DNA of 64,000 nucleotides, taken from positions 3,511,769-3,575,768 of the forward strand of contig NZ_OY761461.1 of assembly GCF_963664555.1 (NCBI RefSeq), given 5' to 3'. The notes below the pieces were generated by a model. It was not told the origin of the DNA. It did not search any database and was given only the letters and a program-made list of their open reading frames with translations. The DNA comes from Labilibaculum sp. (GTDB lineage Bacteria > Bacteroidota > Bacteroidia > Bacteroidales > Marinifilaceae). The position numbers and the translations under genes are program-made. Numbering within the stretch: the stretch's first letter is position 1; the number at the start of each line of letters is the position of its first letter. Shown here one piece after another: positions 50,106 through 60,366 of this stretch.

Positions 50106-51254
50106 ATGAATAAAATGATACGCTTCGCACTTATTGCTCTTCTATTTATTTCTGCAGCCTGCAGTACCGGAAATAAAGCTCTTCAAAATGGAGATTACTA
50201 TTCTGCTGTTATTAAATCGGTAGACCGGTTACGATCAAATCCTGATAAAGCAAAGGCTCAATTAACTTTAAGGGAAAGCTATCCTTTGGCGGTGAATTGG
50301 TACCAACAGGAAATCAGCACGCTTTTATCTTCGAATGATCCGTTTAAGTATTCAAAAACCGTTGGACATTACCAGACTTTAAATAGAATGACTGATGAAA
50401 TTAGAAGGTGCCCTGGTGCATTGCGCGTTATTCCTAATCCAAAGCAATACCAGACAGAAGAATACATGGCTAGGCAAAATGCAGCGCCTGAATGTTATAA
50501 AGCAGGCGCAATGGAACTTGCAAAAGGAACCCGTCAAGATGCAGTGACAGCCTTTATGAATTTCGAAAAAGCCAATAGTTTTGTTCCCAACTACAAAGAT
50601 GTTGCCGATAAAATGGCTGAAGCAGAGGAAATGGCAACCTTAAAAGTGATTATTGATCATGTGCCTGTGAACTCCACAAAATATCAATTGAGTGCTGAGT
50701 TTTTTCAAGATCAGGTAACACAATATATCTTTCACAATATCAAACGAAGATTTGTACGATTCTACACACCCAAACAAGCTGAACTGGAGAAACTGGAATA
50801 TCCTGATCAGATTATTGGGATGCGTTTCGAAGATTTTGTAGTTGGCGAAACTCACGATACCGATATCGAAAAGCAAGTTGTAAGTGCTGATAGTGTTGAA
50901 GTTGGGTCGACCAAACTAAAAAATGGCGAAACAATTAAAGTATACAATATTGTGAAAGCCAAATTGCATATTCACAAACGTGAGGTGATTTCTAAAGGAA
51001 TACTTTCTCTTCATATTATTGAATTCGAAAACCAAAAGGAAGTAAATAACAAACAATTTGGTGGTCAATTTAACTGGTTTTACCAATGGGGAAATTACAA
51101 TGGTGACGAAAGAGCTTTAACAAAAGAAGAATTGAATATTTGCCATAGCGAGCCAATTCTCCCTCCTGCTCATCAGGATTTATTTGTAGAGTTTACAAAA
51201 CCTATTTTCACTGATCTTACTGCGGAGTTAAGACGATTCTATAATCTATACTAA
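50106..51254 (+). CDS. Hypothetical lipoprotein with a TPR-like helical N-terminal part
   Basis: Lipoprotein signal ...LLFISAA|CSTG; helical repeats then a beta-rich region. Confidence 0.8.
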   Translation: MNKMIRFALIALLFISAACSTGNKALQNGDYYSAVIKSVDRLRSNPDKAKAQLTLRESYPLAVNWYQQEISTLLSSNDPFKYSKTVGHYQTLNRMTDEIRRCPGALRVIPNPKQYQTEEYMARQNAAPECYKAGAMELAKGTRQDAVTAFMNFEKANSFVPNYKDVADKMAEAEEMATLKVIIDHVPVNSTKYQLSAEFFQDQVTQYIFHNIKRRFVRFYTPKQAELEKLEYPDQIIGMRFEDFVVGETHDTDIEKQVVSADSVEVGSTKLKNGETIKVYNIVKAKLHIHKREVISKGILSLHIIEFENQKEVNNKQFGGQFNWFYQWGNYNGDERALTKEELNICHSEPILPPAHQDLFVEFTKPIFTDLTAELRRFYNLY

Positions 51255-51335
51255 TTAATACTCTTATGTTGAGAAAAGAACATATGATGCCAACTTAAGT
51301 TTATTTACTGCCAGCAAAAGACGCACTCAAAAAAA

Positions 51336-51370
51336 CAAAGAGGCAGAAATTTAATTTTTCTGCCTCTTTG
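51336..51370. terminator. Bidirectional terminator
   Basis: CAAAGAGGCAGAAA...TTTCTGCCTCTTTG between convergent genes. Confidence 0.8.
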
Positions 51371-51386
51371 TGTATTTTAAAACTCC

Positions 51387-52103
51387 TTATCGATTGCGGT
51401 GAATCAAATTGTAGTCAACAATTAGTGTTTTAAAAAACTCGAGAGGCTGCATTTCTGTCTTGATTCCCAGTTTTTCCATCACATTTTTTCGTGCCCGCAA
51501 CCCAAATTGCAGCTTTTCAACCGGATCTTCCATGCTCTCAATCTGAGCAATCACCTTTTTAAACAAAGGCAGGTCCTTTTCGTTGATATTTCGCGACTCA
51601 GGAAAAACCAGTTCATAATTTTCAGGAATATCAACCAAAATTGTATTTTCAATCGACACTTTTCGCTTTATTCTTATTACAGTCGTTTTTGCTAAAATAT
51701 CGCCCAGGCGTTGTCCTTTTTCTCCCAGCACAATACACAAAATACCGCAAATACCATAGGTCAACGAAACATCAACCAATCGAAACATCCAGCGAATCAA
51801 ATAATTTAAAAAAGTGGGTGCTGATCCGTCAACAGTGCTCACTTTAATTTTCATGATTTTTTTTCCCGGAGTCTGACCGTTCATAAAAACCTCAAATATC
51901 AAGGAGTAAAACATTAAGGGGACTAAAAAAAACAAGATCCAAACTGCATCTTTTCCTATTAAGCCAATTACAAGCAGCAAAAGCATATAGATCACAAAAA
52001 AGAATAATAAATCGAGCAAAGAGGCAGATATCCTTTCTCCAATACTTGCCAATTGAAAATTAATGCGAACATTTTGAGTTGTTTCTATTCCTATATCTGC
52101 CAT
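51387..52103 (-). CDS. RDD family membrane protein
   Basis: ASIGERISASLLD, GQTPGKKIMKIKV, QRLGDILAKTTV. Confidence 0.9.
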   Translation of the reverse strand: MADIGIETTQNVRINFQLASIGERISASLLDLLFFFVIYMLLLLVIGLIGKDAVWILFFLVPLMFYSLIFEVFMNGQTPGKKIMKIKVSTVDGSAPTFLNYLIRWMFRLVDVSLTYGICGILCIVLGEKGQRLGDILAKTTVIRIKRKVSIENTILVDIPENYELVFPESRNINEKDLPLFKKVIAQIESMEDPVEKLQFGLRARKNVMEKLGIKTEMQPLEFFKTLIVDYNLIHRNR

Positions 52104-52303
52104 TTGCTATTGAATTTTGTGAACCCGAATATACCTATCATAAGAAAATAAAAGAAATAATCGAATAATTATTTTCATCATTTAAAATCATTTTACTGAC
52201 TTACTGCCAGTTAGTAAATCCACCAAGCATTTAAACTTAATCTGATATTTGTAATTTTCCTTAATTACAATAACTTTAGCATTGTTTTATAGAAATCCCC
52301 TAA

Positions 52304-53266
52304 ATGAAAGAAGTAGTTTTTCTGGATCGTAATAGTAAAAAATGGATAGAATTTGAAAATCTTCTTGCTGATGAATCCCATAACGATCCTGATTCCATTG
52401 CCAATTTATACATCCAATTAACGGATGATCTTTCCTATGCACAAACCTTTTACCCAAATTCATCTACTACTGAATATCTCAATCAATTAAGTGTGAGTGT
52501 TCATCAACAAATTTATAAAAACCAAAAAGCACAAAAGGGAAAATTCAAGCAGTTTTGGACTACAGATTTGCCTTTAATTCTTTTCCAAACACGAAAACAA
52601 TTACTTTATTCTTTACTAATATTTCTTACCGCTGCTCTTTTGGGTGTAGTATCGACAATTAATGATCAGTCTTTTGTACGCGCTATTCTTGGAGATAACT
52701 ACGTAAATATGACCATTGACAACATAAAAAAAGGAGATCCAATGGCCGTTTACAAACAGGAAGGGCAAACAGAAATGTTTCTAGGAATTACCATCAATAA
52801 CATTAAAGTCTCCTTTATGGCTTTTGTTTTTGGGATACTTACTGCTTTCGGAAGCGGATACATTCTTTTTAATAATGGAATTATGCTGGGAAGCTTCACT
52901 TATTTCTTTGTTGAAAATGGTTTGTTCTGGGAGAGCACCCGGGTAATATGGATACATGGAACGCTTGAAATTTCTGCCATTATTATCTCTGGAGCGGCAG
53001 GAATTGTAATGGGAAACAGTATTGTTTTCCCTGGCACCCTGCCTCGCAAAACATCCATGCAAATTGGAGTTCGCAAAGGCATTAAAATTGTAATTGGAAT
53101 TATACCTATGTTTATTGTTGCCGGCTTTTTAGAAGGCTATGTAACCCGACATACCGAAATGCCAATGTGGCTAAGTTGGATCATTATCATCTGTTCCCTG
53201 CTATTCGTAATTTGGTATTTTATTGTTAATCCTAAAACCACATATCAAAAACTAAGCAATTCATAA
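52304..53266 (+). CDS. Stage II sporulation protein M (DUF95) family membrane protein
   Basis: LTDDLSYAQTFYP, ITINNIKV, NGIMLG, IHGTLEISAI, AGFLEGYVT. Confidence 0.9.
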   Translation: MKEVVFLDRNSKKWIEFENLLADESHNDPDSIANLYIQLTDDLSYAQTFYPNSSTTEYLNQLSVSVHQQIYKNQKAQKGKFKQFWTTDLPLILFQTRKQLLYSLLIFLTAALLGVVSTINDQSFVRAILGDNYVNMTIDNIKKGDPMAVYKQEGQTEMFLGITINNIKVSFMAFVFGILTAFGSGYILFNNGIMLGSFTYFFVENGLFWESTRVIWIHGTLEISAIIISGAAGIVMGNSIVFPGTLPRKTSMQIGVRKGIKIVIGIIPMFIVAGFLEGYVTRHTEMPMWLSWIIIICSLLFVIWYFIVNPKTTYQKLSNS

Positions 53267-53286
53267 AAACCAATTAATTTAAAAAA

Positions 53287-54144
53287 ATGACAGATAATAA
53301 GTTACAACTCGAAAAAAATCGTGACTTTGGAGAACTTTTCAACGACACCTTCCTTTTTATAAAGTACAATTTTAAAAATTTACTAAAAGGAATCATCTAC
53401 TTTGTAATTCCGTTTACTTTGCTTCAGGGAATTGCCCTTGGAGTCATCCAATACGAAACTCTTTCCTCTTTATCCTTCGGTGATAAAATAAATGTATTCT
53501 CATCGGGTTCGGTACTTACGGCAACAATGTTTAGTTACCTTTTTATGTTACTGGCCTATTCTTTTGCTATGGCATTTGTATTTCAGTATATGAAATTATA
53601 CAAATCTTCGGATAGTGAAATAGTTGATCTGAAGCAGGTTTGGAACGCAATGCTTGGAGTAACCCCTAAAATCTTTTTGACAATTATTTCTATTGGGATT
53701 ATTTCCGGAATTGGATTTGTTCTATTGGTTGTTCCCGGCATTTACTTAATGATTTGTTTTAGTCTTGTTATTCCAATCATTATTTTCGAAGGCGATTCGA
53801 TTGGCGAAGCTCTAAACAACTGTTTTGCATTGATAAAAAATAACTGGTGGAGAACATTTGTTTTTCTTATTGTGATTGCCATGCTGGCCGCTTGTCTGCA
53901 ATTTGTTTTTCAACTGCCAATGTTAATTTATCAAACAATAGCTACTTTTCATGTCGTTCAAGAAGGTGCTATGCAAAGCAATCAAAGTATAATGATTCTC
54001 TTTTCAATTATACAAACCGCTGGTGCATCGCTAATGCAACTGATTCCTATTACCGGGATTGGAATAATGTACTTTAGTCTGGTTGAGCAAAAACAAAATC
54101 CTGCATTACTAAAAGAGTTGGAAAGCGTTGGAGCTAATGAATAA
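53287..54144 (+). CDS. Multi-pass membrane protein (GPDPase membrane-domain-like)
   Basis: RDFGELFNDTF..., several TM helices, LIKNNWWRTF, C-terminal YFSLVE.K. Confidence 0.8.
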   Translation: MTDNKLQLEKNRDFGELFNDTFLFIKYNFKNLLKGIIYFVIPFTLLQGIALGVIQYETLSSLSFGDKINVFSSGSVLTATMFSYLFMLLAYSFAMAFVFQYMKLYKSSDSEIVDLKQVWNAMLGVTPKIFLTIISIGIISGIGFVLLVVPGIYLMICFSLVIPIIIFEGDSIGEALNNCFALIKNNWWRTFVFLIVIAMLAACLQFVFQLPMLIYQTIATFHVVQEGAMQSNQSIMILFSIIQTAGASLMQLIPITGIGIMYFSLVEQKQNPALLKELESVGANE

Positions 54145-54883
54145 AAAAACACTTGCAATACTATTTACAGGCTGGTTTCAATTATTTATTGGAACCAGCC
54201 AAATTTTAGCACAGGAAACTTTCCGCTCCGATACCATCATAACAGATACCGGACAAGTTCAATTGTGGGAAAAATCCATCCCAAAAGAACGTATTGAAAA
54301 TTACCGTAAACAAAGCGATTTCAATTACGATTTTACCAATGTAAAACAAGAAAGTGTGTGGGATCGTTTCACTCAGTGGATCAGAAATTGGTTAAATTTC
54401 ATGATCAAAGGACTGGGAGTCATTTGGTTTCTGAGATACCTTATTCTTGCCGGGCTTGTTATCATTTTAATTGCGCTGATTTACAAAAGCAAATTTACCG
54501 GCTTGTTTCGTTCCCAACAGGAAATTACATCTCTGGAGTTTAGTGATACTGCGAACCCGACAAAAATTAATTGGGAGCAAAAAATTAATGAAGCATTTCT
54601 TCAAAAAGAATATCGGTTAGCTTTGCGTTATCACTTTTTATCCCTGTTAAAAAATTTAAGTCAGCACCATTTAATAAGCTGGAAATCGGAAAAAACCAAT
54701 TACGATTACATCCGGGAGATAAAACAGGATAAAATAAAAGCAGATTTTATTGAATTAAGCAAATTGTATGAAGCCGTTTGGTATGGCGATTTCCCCATAA
54801 CCAAAACAGATTATGACCAAATTAATAACGAATTTGGCCGGTTGAATCTCCTTCTTCCGCAAGTAAAAGAATTCGCATCATGA
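54128..54883 (+). CDS. DUF4129 domain membrane protein
   Basis: FNYD, TM helix, YRLALRYHFL...KTNYDY..E...YEAVWYGDF. Confidence 0.85.
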   Translation: MELMNKKTLAILFTGWFQLFIGTSQILAQETFRSDTIITDTGQVQLWEKSIPKERIENYRKQSDFNYDFTNVKQESVWDRFTQWIRNWLNFMIKGLGVIWFLRYLILAGLVIILIALIYKSKFTGLFRSQQEITSLEFSDTANPTKINWEQKINEAFLQKEYRLALRYHFLSLLKNLSQHHLISWKSEKTNYDYIREIKQDKIKADFIELSKLYEAVWYGDFPITKTDYDQINNEFGRLNLLLPQVKEFAS

Positions 54884-56070
54884 GAATAAATATCCCCAAA
54901 AATGCACTTCCCGTAATTGGAATTCTAATCATTCTTATATTGATGGAACTTTTTGCGCCTCAGCCAATCGACTGGACAAAAAGTTTTAATGAGGATGACA
55001 AACGACCGTTTGGTTGTTTTCTACTGAAGGAATTGATACAAAAGGATTTATTTCCTGATCAGGAATTTAAAATCAGCAGCAATGCTATCTGTAACTATCC
55101 GGAGACTGATAGCCTCGAAACAAAAAAGAATTACATTTTTGTGACCAATGATTTTTCGCCTCAGGCATGGGAAATTAATGCAATTATGAATTTGGCTAAA
55201 AATGGAAATCAAGTATTTATTGCAAGTTCAAATTTAGGAAAAGCCTTTTCAGATTCTTTGCATGTGCATATCGAAAGTGATATTCAGTTTTCCGAATTGG
55301 TGGCGGCAAAAGAAAAATCTCAAAATTTCGAAAATCCAGATTTACAGGAAAAATCGAAGTATAAATACCCAAAAGCATTTGACAATTCAACAATAACCAA
55401 ATTTAATAAAGACAGTGTAATTGTTCTGGGGCGCGATCATCAAAGAAAAATTCAGTTGTTGAAAGTTCCCTATGGAAAAGGCAATTTCTTAATTAGCTGT
55501 CAGCCATTAGCCTTTACCAATTACAATGCAGTACAAAATGAGAATGCAAATTATATTGCAGGAGTATTCAGCTATTTACCTCCCAATCCGATAGTGTGGG
55601 ATGAATATTACAAACCTCTTAGAGCTTTGCGCTCCACAAGTCCAATCATTTTTCTGCTTTCGAGTCCTCCATTGAAAATGGCCTACTACCTTTTGCTCGC
55701 CTGCTTACTTCTTGTTCTTATTTTTCAAGGCAAACGTCAGCAAAAAATGATTCCCGTTCTAAAACCATTGCCCAATACCTCTCTTGAATTTATTAAAACA
55801 ATGGGCCGGTTGTATTACAACCGTAAAAATCACAAAGACATTGCTCTAAAGAAAATTAAATACCTGAAAGAATTTTGTAAGAGCCGCTATCATATCGATT
55901 TAAACATTGATACTTTACATGAAACAAGTAAGCGTTCGGGAATTTCCTTAAAAACCCTTGAAATTCTTCTTAATCAAGCAGATAAAATAACTAATTCTCA
56001 GAACATATCACAGGAGACACTGGAAGATTTACACTCAAAAGTGGAATACATTTATAAATCCGGCAAATAA
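54880..56070 (+). CDS. DUF4350 domain membrane protein
   Basis: N-terminal TM, DKRPFG..LL, GNQVFIAS, YGKGNF, WDEYY, second TM, RQQ..IP, EFIKTMGRLYY. Confidence 0.8.
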   Translation: MRINIPKNALPVIGILIILILMELFAPQPIDWTKSFNEDDKRPFGCFLLKELIQKDLFPDQEFKISSNAICNYPETDSLETKKNYIFVTNDFSPQAWEINAIMNLAKNGNQVFIASSNLGKAFSDSLHVHIESDIQFSELVAAKEKSQNFENPDLQEKSKYKYPKAFDNSTITKFNKDSVIVLGRDHQRKIQLLKVPYGKGNFLISCQPLAFTNYNAVQNENANYIAGVFSYLPPNPIVWDEYYKPLRALRSTSPIIFLLSSPPLKMAYYLLLACLLLVLIFQGKRQQKMIPVLKPLPNTSLEFIKTMGRLYYNRKNHKDIALKKIKYLKEFCKSRYHIDLNIDTLHETSKRSGISLKTLEILLNQADKITNSQNISQETLEDLHSKVEYIYKSGK

Positions 56071-56083
56071 AATAAACCCTACA

Positions 56084-57064
56084 ATGGAAAACAAACTGCA
56101 ATTTAAAAACCGCATAGATTTGGAAGAGCTTAATCATCTGATTGGCCAAATTAAATATGAAATTAAAAAAGTAATTATCGGTCAGGAGAAAAATATCGAC
56201 CTGCTGTTGGTCGGATTGTTTGCTAAAGGCCACGTTTTAATTGAAGGTGTTCCAGGAATAGCAAAAACCCTATCTGCCAAACTGCTCGCCAAATCAATTT
56301 CCTCCGGTTTTTCACGCATTCAATTTACCCCCGATTTAATGCCATCCGATGTTTTGGGAACTACCATATTCAACTTAAGCACATCAAAATTTGAGTTTAA
56401 CAAAGGTCCTATTTTTTCTAATATTATATTGATAGATGAAATTAACCGGGCTTCAGCAAAAACACAATCAGCACTTTTCGAAGTGATGGAAGAAGCTCAG
56501 ATTAGTATTGATGGAACCACTCATAAAATGGATCAGCCATTTTGGGTAATTGCAACACAAAACCCTATCGAGCAAGAAGGAACTTACCGTTTGCCGGAAG
56601 CGCAGCTGGATCGTTTTCTGATGAAAATAGAATTTACTTATCCTGATGAACAGGAAGAACTTGAAATTCTGGCGACAAAAAATGCAAGAAAAGGTAAAAA
56701 TGAAACATTTGAAATAACTGAGGTATTAAATTCAGAACAAATTAATCTATTGCGTCAGCAGGTTCAGGAAATATACATTGAGGAGAACCTTCAGAAGTAT
56801 ATTGTTCAAATTGTTCAAAGCACAAGAAATCATCCTGGAATTATTCTGGGAGCTTCGCCAAGAGCATCGGTTGCAGTAATGATGGCTGCAAAAGCTCTTT
56901 CAGCTATCAGAGGCAGAGATTTTGTTACTCCGGATGATATTAAAGAGGTGGCAATTCCCGCTTTGCACCACAGACTAATACTAACTCCTGAAAAGGAAAT
57001 GGAAGGCGTGCTTCCGAAGCAAATCATTGCGCAAATTATGGAAGGAATTGAAATTCCACGATAG
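56084..57064 (+). CDS. moxR: Second MoxR family AAA+ ATPase
   Basis: GVPGIAKT, RIQFTPDLMPSD, LIDEINRA, ATQNPIEQEGTY.LPEAQLDRF, GASPRA. Confidence 0.95.
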   Translation: MENKLQFKNRIDLEELNHLIGQIKYEIKKVIIGQEKNIDLLLVGLFAKGHVLIEGVPGIAKTLSAKLLAKSISSGFSRIQFTPDLMPSDVLGTTIFNLSTSKFEFNKGPIFSNIILIDEINRASAKTQSALFEVMEEAQISIDGTTHKMDQPFWVIATQNPIEQEGTYRLPEAQLDRFLMKIEFTYPDEQEELEILATKNARKGKNETFEITEVLNSEQINLLRQQVQEIYIEENLQKYIVQIVQSTRNHPGIILGASPRASVAVMMAAKALSAIRGRDFVTPDDIKEVAIPALHHRLILTPEKEMEGVLPKQIIAQIMEGIEIPR

Positions 57065-57126
57065 CAAATCCGAACCAATCCGTTCAGAAAAAAATCAATG
57101 TTCCCAATACTAATGAACTACCATTA

Positions 57127-58458
57127 ATGAAATTCATTAAATCAATATATCTAAAACCAAAATTTTACTGGATACTGGTAATTGTGGCTGTAATCTCCAT
57201 TCTCGGGCATTTTATTCCATTTCTATTTCCAGCAGCCCGGCTTCTCTTGCTTTTATTTTTGGTATGTCTGGCTTTGGATATCTTTATTCTCTACCGAGAG
57301 AAAAAAGGAATAACTGCATCGCGAAAGTGTCCTGAGAAACTATCAAACGGAGATGAGAATACCATTTTAATACTGATAGAAAATAATTATTCGTTATCCA
57401 CACAAACAGATGTTATTGATGAGTTGCCGGTTCAGTTTCAAAAAAGGGATTTTCTTTATTCTTTTCAACTAAAACCCGGTGAAGAAAAGCAAATAAATTA
57501 CGAAGTAAGACCCACAGCAAGAGGTGAATATCATTTTGGTTTTTTGAATGTTTTTGTTGCTTCCTTTTTAGGGCTCATAAAAAGAAGATACAAAATAGAG
57601 GCAGAACAAATGCTTCCTTGTTATCCATCGTTTATGCAAATGCGTCAATACGAATTATTGGCCATTTCGAATCGTTTGAGCGATTATGGTGTGAAACGGA
57701 TACGACGAATCGGGCACCAAATGGAATTCGACCAAATCCGGGAATATGTAAAAGGTGATGATTACAGAACCATTAACTGGAAAGCTACTGCCCGTAAATC
57801 GCAAATAATGGTGAACCAGTATCAGGATGAAAAGTCACAACCTGTTTACTGTCTTATTGATACCGGCCGATCGATGAAAATGCCCTTTGATGGTTTAACT
57901 CTTCTTGATTATGCAATTAATACAAGTCTGGTTATTTCAAATACTGCTGTAATTAAACATGATAAAGCCGGAGTAATTTGTTTTGGGAAGAATATCAATG
58001 CCCACGTTCCCGCTGATGGAAGAAGAACTCAGATCAGGAAAATAATGGAGGTTCTCTACAACCAGAAAACCAATTATCCTGAACCCAATTATGAATTATT
58101 ACACAACTCTGCCCGACGATTGCTTAGAAACAGAAGTTTACTAATTCTCTTCACCAACTTTGAAAGTCTTGATTCAATGAAACGTCAACTACCTTATTTA
58201 CAAGGATTGGCAAAAGATCATTTGTTAATTCTTGTGTTTTTTACGAACACCGAGATCAAAGAAATTACTAAAAAACCTGCCAAAAGCATAGAAGATATTT
58301 ATATTAAAACCATAGGCGAAAAATTTATTTACGACAAAAAATTAATCGCAAAAGAATTGGAAAAATATGGAATTCATGCGATATTGAGCAAGCCTAAAGA
58401 TTTAACTACCAACACACTCAATAAATATCTCGAATTTAAGTCAAGAGGATTGATCTAA
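57127..58458 (+). CDS. DUF58 domain protein with N-terminal TMs
   Basis: Two TMs, Ig-like segment (RGEYHFG), EFDQIREYVKGDDYRTINWKATAR, LIDTGRSM. Confidence 0.9.
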   Translation: MKFIKSIYLKPKFYWILVIVAVISILGHFIPFLFPAARLLLLLFLVCLALDIFILYREKKGITASRKCPEKLSNGDENTILILIENNYSLSTQTDVIDELPVQFQKRDFLYSFQLKPGEEKQINYEVRPTARGEYHFGFLNVFVASFLGLIKRRYKIEAEQMLPCYPSFMQMRQYELLAISNRLSDYGVKRIRRIGHQMEFDQIREYVKGDDYRTINWKATARKSQIMVNQYQDEKSQPVYCLIDTGRSMKMPFDGLTLLDYAINTSLVISNTAVIKHDKAGVICFGKNINAHVPADGRRTQIRKIMEVLYNQKTNYPEPNYELLHNSARRLLRNRSLLILFTNFESLDSMKRQLPYLQGLAKDHLLILVFFTNTEIKEITKKPAKSIEDIYIKTIGEKFIYDKKLIAKELEKYGIHAILSKPKDLTTNTLNKYLEFKSRGLI

Positions 58459-58501
58459 ATAGATTATTCAATTGAAGTATCAGAAATAAAATAAACGAAT
58501 C

Positions 58502-59077
58502 ATGAAACACATTTATCTCTTTCTTGTATTTATTCTAATACTAACAGGTTGTACAAATGCTCAGAATCCTAAAGTTGAAATTACAACGACACTAGGAAAA
58601 ATCGAATTGGAAATTTTCAATGACAAAGCACCAGTTACAGCTACATATTTTTTGGAGAATGTAAAAAACAATGTCTTTCAGGATGCTTTCTTCTACCGTG
58701 TGGTTAGAATGGATAACCAACCTAATAATAACATTAAAATTGAAGTTATTCAAGGCGGATTGTACTTTGATTCTATTGTTGATACGAAGCCCACAATTGC
58801 TCATGAAACAACAAAAGAAACCGGTATTTTACATACCAATGGCGTTATTTCCATGGCAAGAAATCAGCCGGGATCGGCCTCAACAGAATTCTTTATTTGC
58901 ATTGGAGATCAACCCAATTTAGATTTTGAAGGAATGCGTAATCCGGACGGACAAGGTTTTGCCACATTTGGAAAAGTGACAAAAGGAATGGATGTAGTCA
59001 AATTAATTCAACAACAAAAAGATAATGCACAAATGCTGGTTGAACGAATCAGTATTTTATCCATCATCCAAAAATAG
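58502..59077 (+). CDS. Cyclophilin-type peptidyl-prolyl isomerase (lipoprotein)
   Basis: Lipobox LTGC, FYRVV, VIQGG, ISMAR, EFFI, FGKVTKGMDVV. Confidence 0.92.
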   Translation: MKHIYLFLVFILILTGCTNAQNPKVEITTTLGKIELEIFNDKAPVTATYFLENVKNNVFQDAFFYRVVRMDNQPNNNIKIEVIQGGLYFDSIVDTKPTIAHETTKETGILHTNGVISMARNQPGSASTEFFICIGDQPNLDFEGMRNPDGQGFATFGKVTKGMDVVKLIQQQKDNAQMLVERISILSIIQK

Positions 59078-59082
59078 TTGAC

Positions 59083-59811
59083 TTAGATAAGCTGAAGTAA
59101 TTCCCTGATGTTTTGAATCTCATTTACACCTGCATTTTGTAATTCTTCATCACTCACTAATTCGTGCTCCCAGGTTGTATGAAATGGTACATAAACAGCC
59201 TTGCCACCAAGGTTCAATACGGGAATTATATCCGATTTTAAAGAATTTCCTACCATTAGAAACTCATTTACAGGAATATCAAGATGTTGAATCAGCTTTT
59301 TGTAATCCTCCTCTTTCTTATCGCTCATCACTTCGATATGATGAAAATATTTTAGCAGGCCTGACTTTTTCAATTTCCTTTCCTGATCGAGTAAATCACC
59401 TTTGGTAGCAACAATCAACCTGTATTTTCCCTGAAGGCTTTCCAGCACCTCGACAACACCATCCAATAATTCAATGGACTTATTCATCTGCTGTTTTCCC
59501 AATTCAATAATTGCCTGAATTTTTTCTGAACTAATATTTCCTTTTGTGATTTTCAAACTTGTTTCTATCATCGATAGAATAAAAGCCTTTGTACCATATC
59601 CATACAAAGGTATGTTGCCAATCTCCGTTGCAAATAATTCTTCGGTGACCTCCTCAAGGCTCATTCCATTTTTCATCAGATTACAAAACGCCATTTCAGA
59701 TTCTCTGAAATAGGGTTCATTCACCCAAAGGGTATCATCTGCATCAAATGCAATCACTTTTATTCCATTCATGTTTATTTTTTTTGTTACAGCAAAGCTG
59801 CAAAAAGACAT
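59083..59811 (-). CDS. HAD family hydrolase (likely start MNGIKV)
   Basis: FDADDTLW, ATKGD, MVGNSLKSDI. Confidence 0.9.
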   Translation of the reverse strand: MSFCSFAVTKKINMNGIKVIAFDADDTLWVNEPYFRESEMAFCNLMKNGMSLEEVTEELFATEIGNIPLYGYGTKAFILSMIETSLKITKGNISSEKIQAIIELGKQQMNKSIELLDGVVEVLESLQGKYRLIVATKGDLLDQERKLKKSGLLKYFHHIEVMSDKKEEDYKKLIQHLDIPVNEFLMVGNSLKSDIIPVLNLGGKAVYVPFHTTWEHELVSDEELQNAGVNEIQNIRELLQLI

Positions 59812-59973
59812 TAAGAATACAAAAACTGAACTGCAAAAACGAACAAAATAATTGCAAAAATAAAATCAGCCACTCATCAAAATACATACAACCAACTCAT
59901 AACCAATTAAATTTGATTATATTTTAGTATTTCCGTAATTTGAAAATGCATATTCTCAGAAAGCGCATAACCT

Positions 59974-60351
59974 ATGGAAAAACGTATGTTGTTTCAAGAC
60001 AATCCTTCGCAATTTTATCTTATTGCGGCCAGAATTATCGGATTCCTGATTACAGGTGTCTTCATGCTGTTTATGGTACCTGAATTTATTGCCTTATTAA
60101 GTAAGGAAACAGCCAACAATGAAGGATGGATATTAATATTTTATCTCCTTTCAATTGCCTATGGCTGTAGCTTTCTAATCTCTTTCTGGAAAGTTGGACT
60201 GGGTGGATTACTACTCGTAATCAGCAGTGTTTTAATCACACTTTATGCATTTATCGATTCCAATAGCTGGATCGTTTTACTTCTGTTTATTCCTCTTTCG
60301 TTCTCAGGGATTTTATTTCTGATTTATTGGAGAAAAAAACAAATCAGCTAA
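59974..60351 (+). CDS. Small integral membrane protein (about 4 TM)
   Basis: 125 aa, almost entirely hydrophobic helices with a basic tail WRKK. Confidence 0.7.
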   Translation: MEKRMLFQDNPSQFYLIAARIIGFLITGVFMLFMVPEFIALLSKETANNEGWILIFYLLSIAYGCSFLISFWKVGLGGLLLVISSVLITLYAFIDSNSWIVLLLFIPLSFSGILFLIYWRKKQIS

Positions 60352-60366
60352 AGAGCAATGTCCCTC

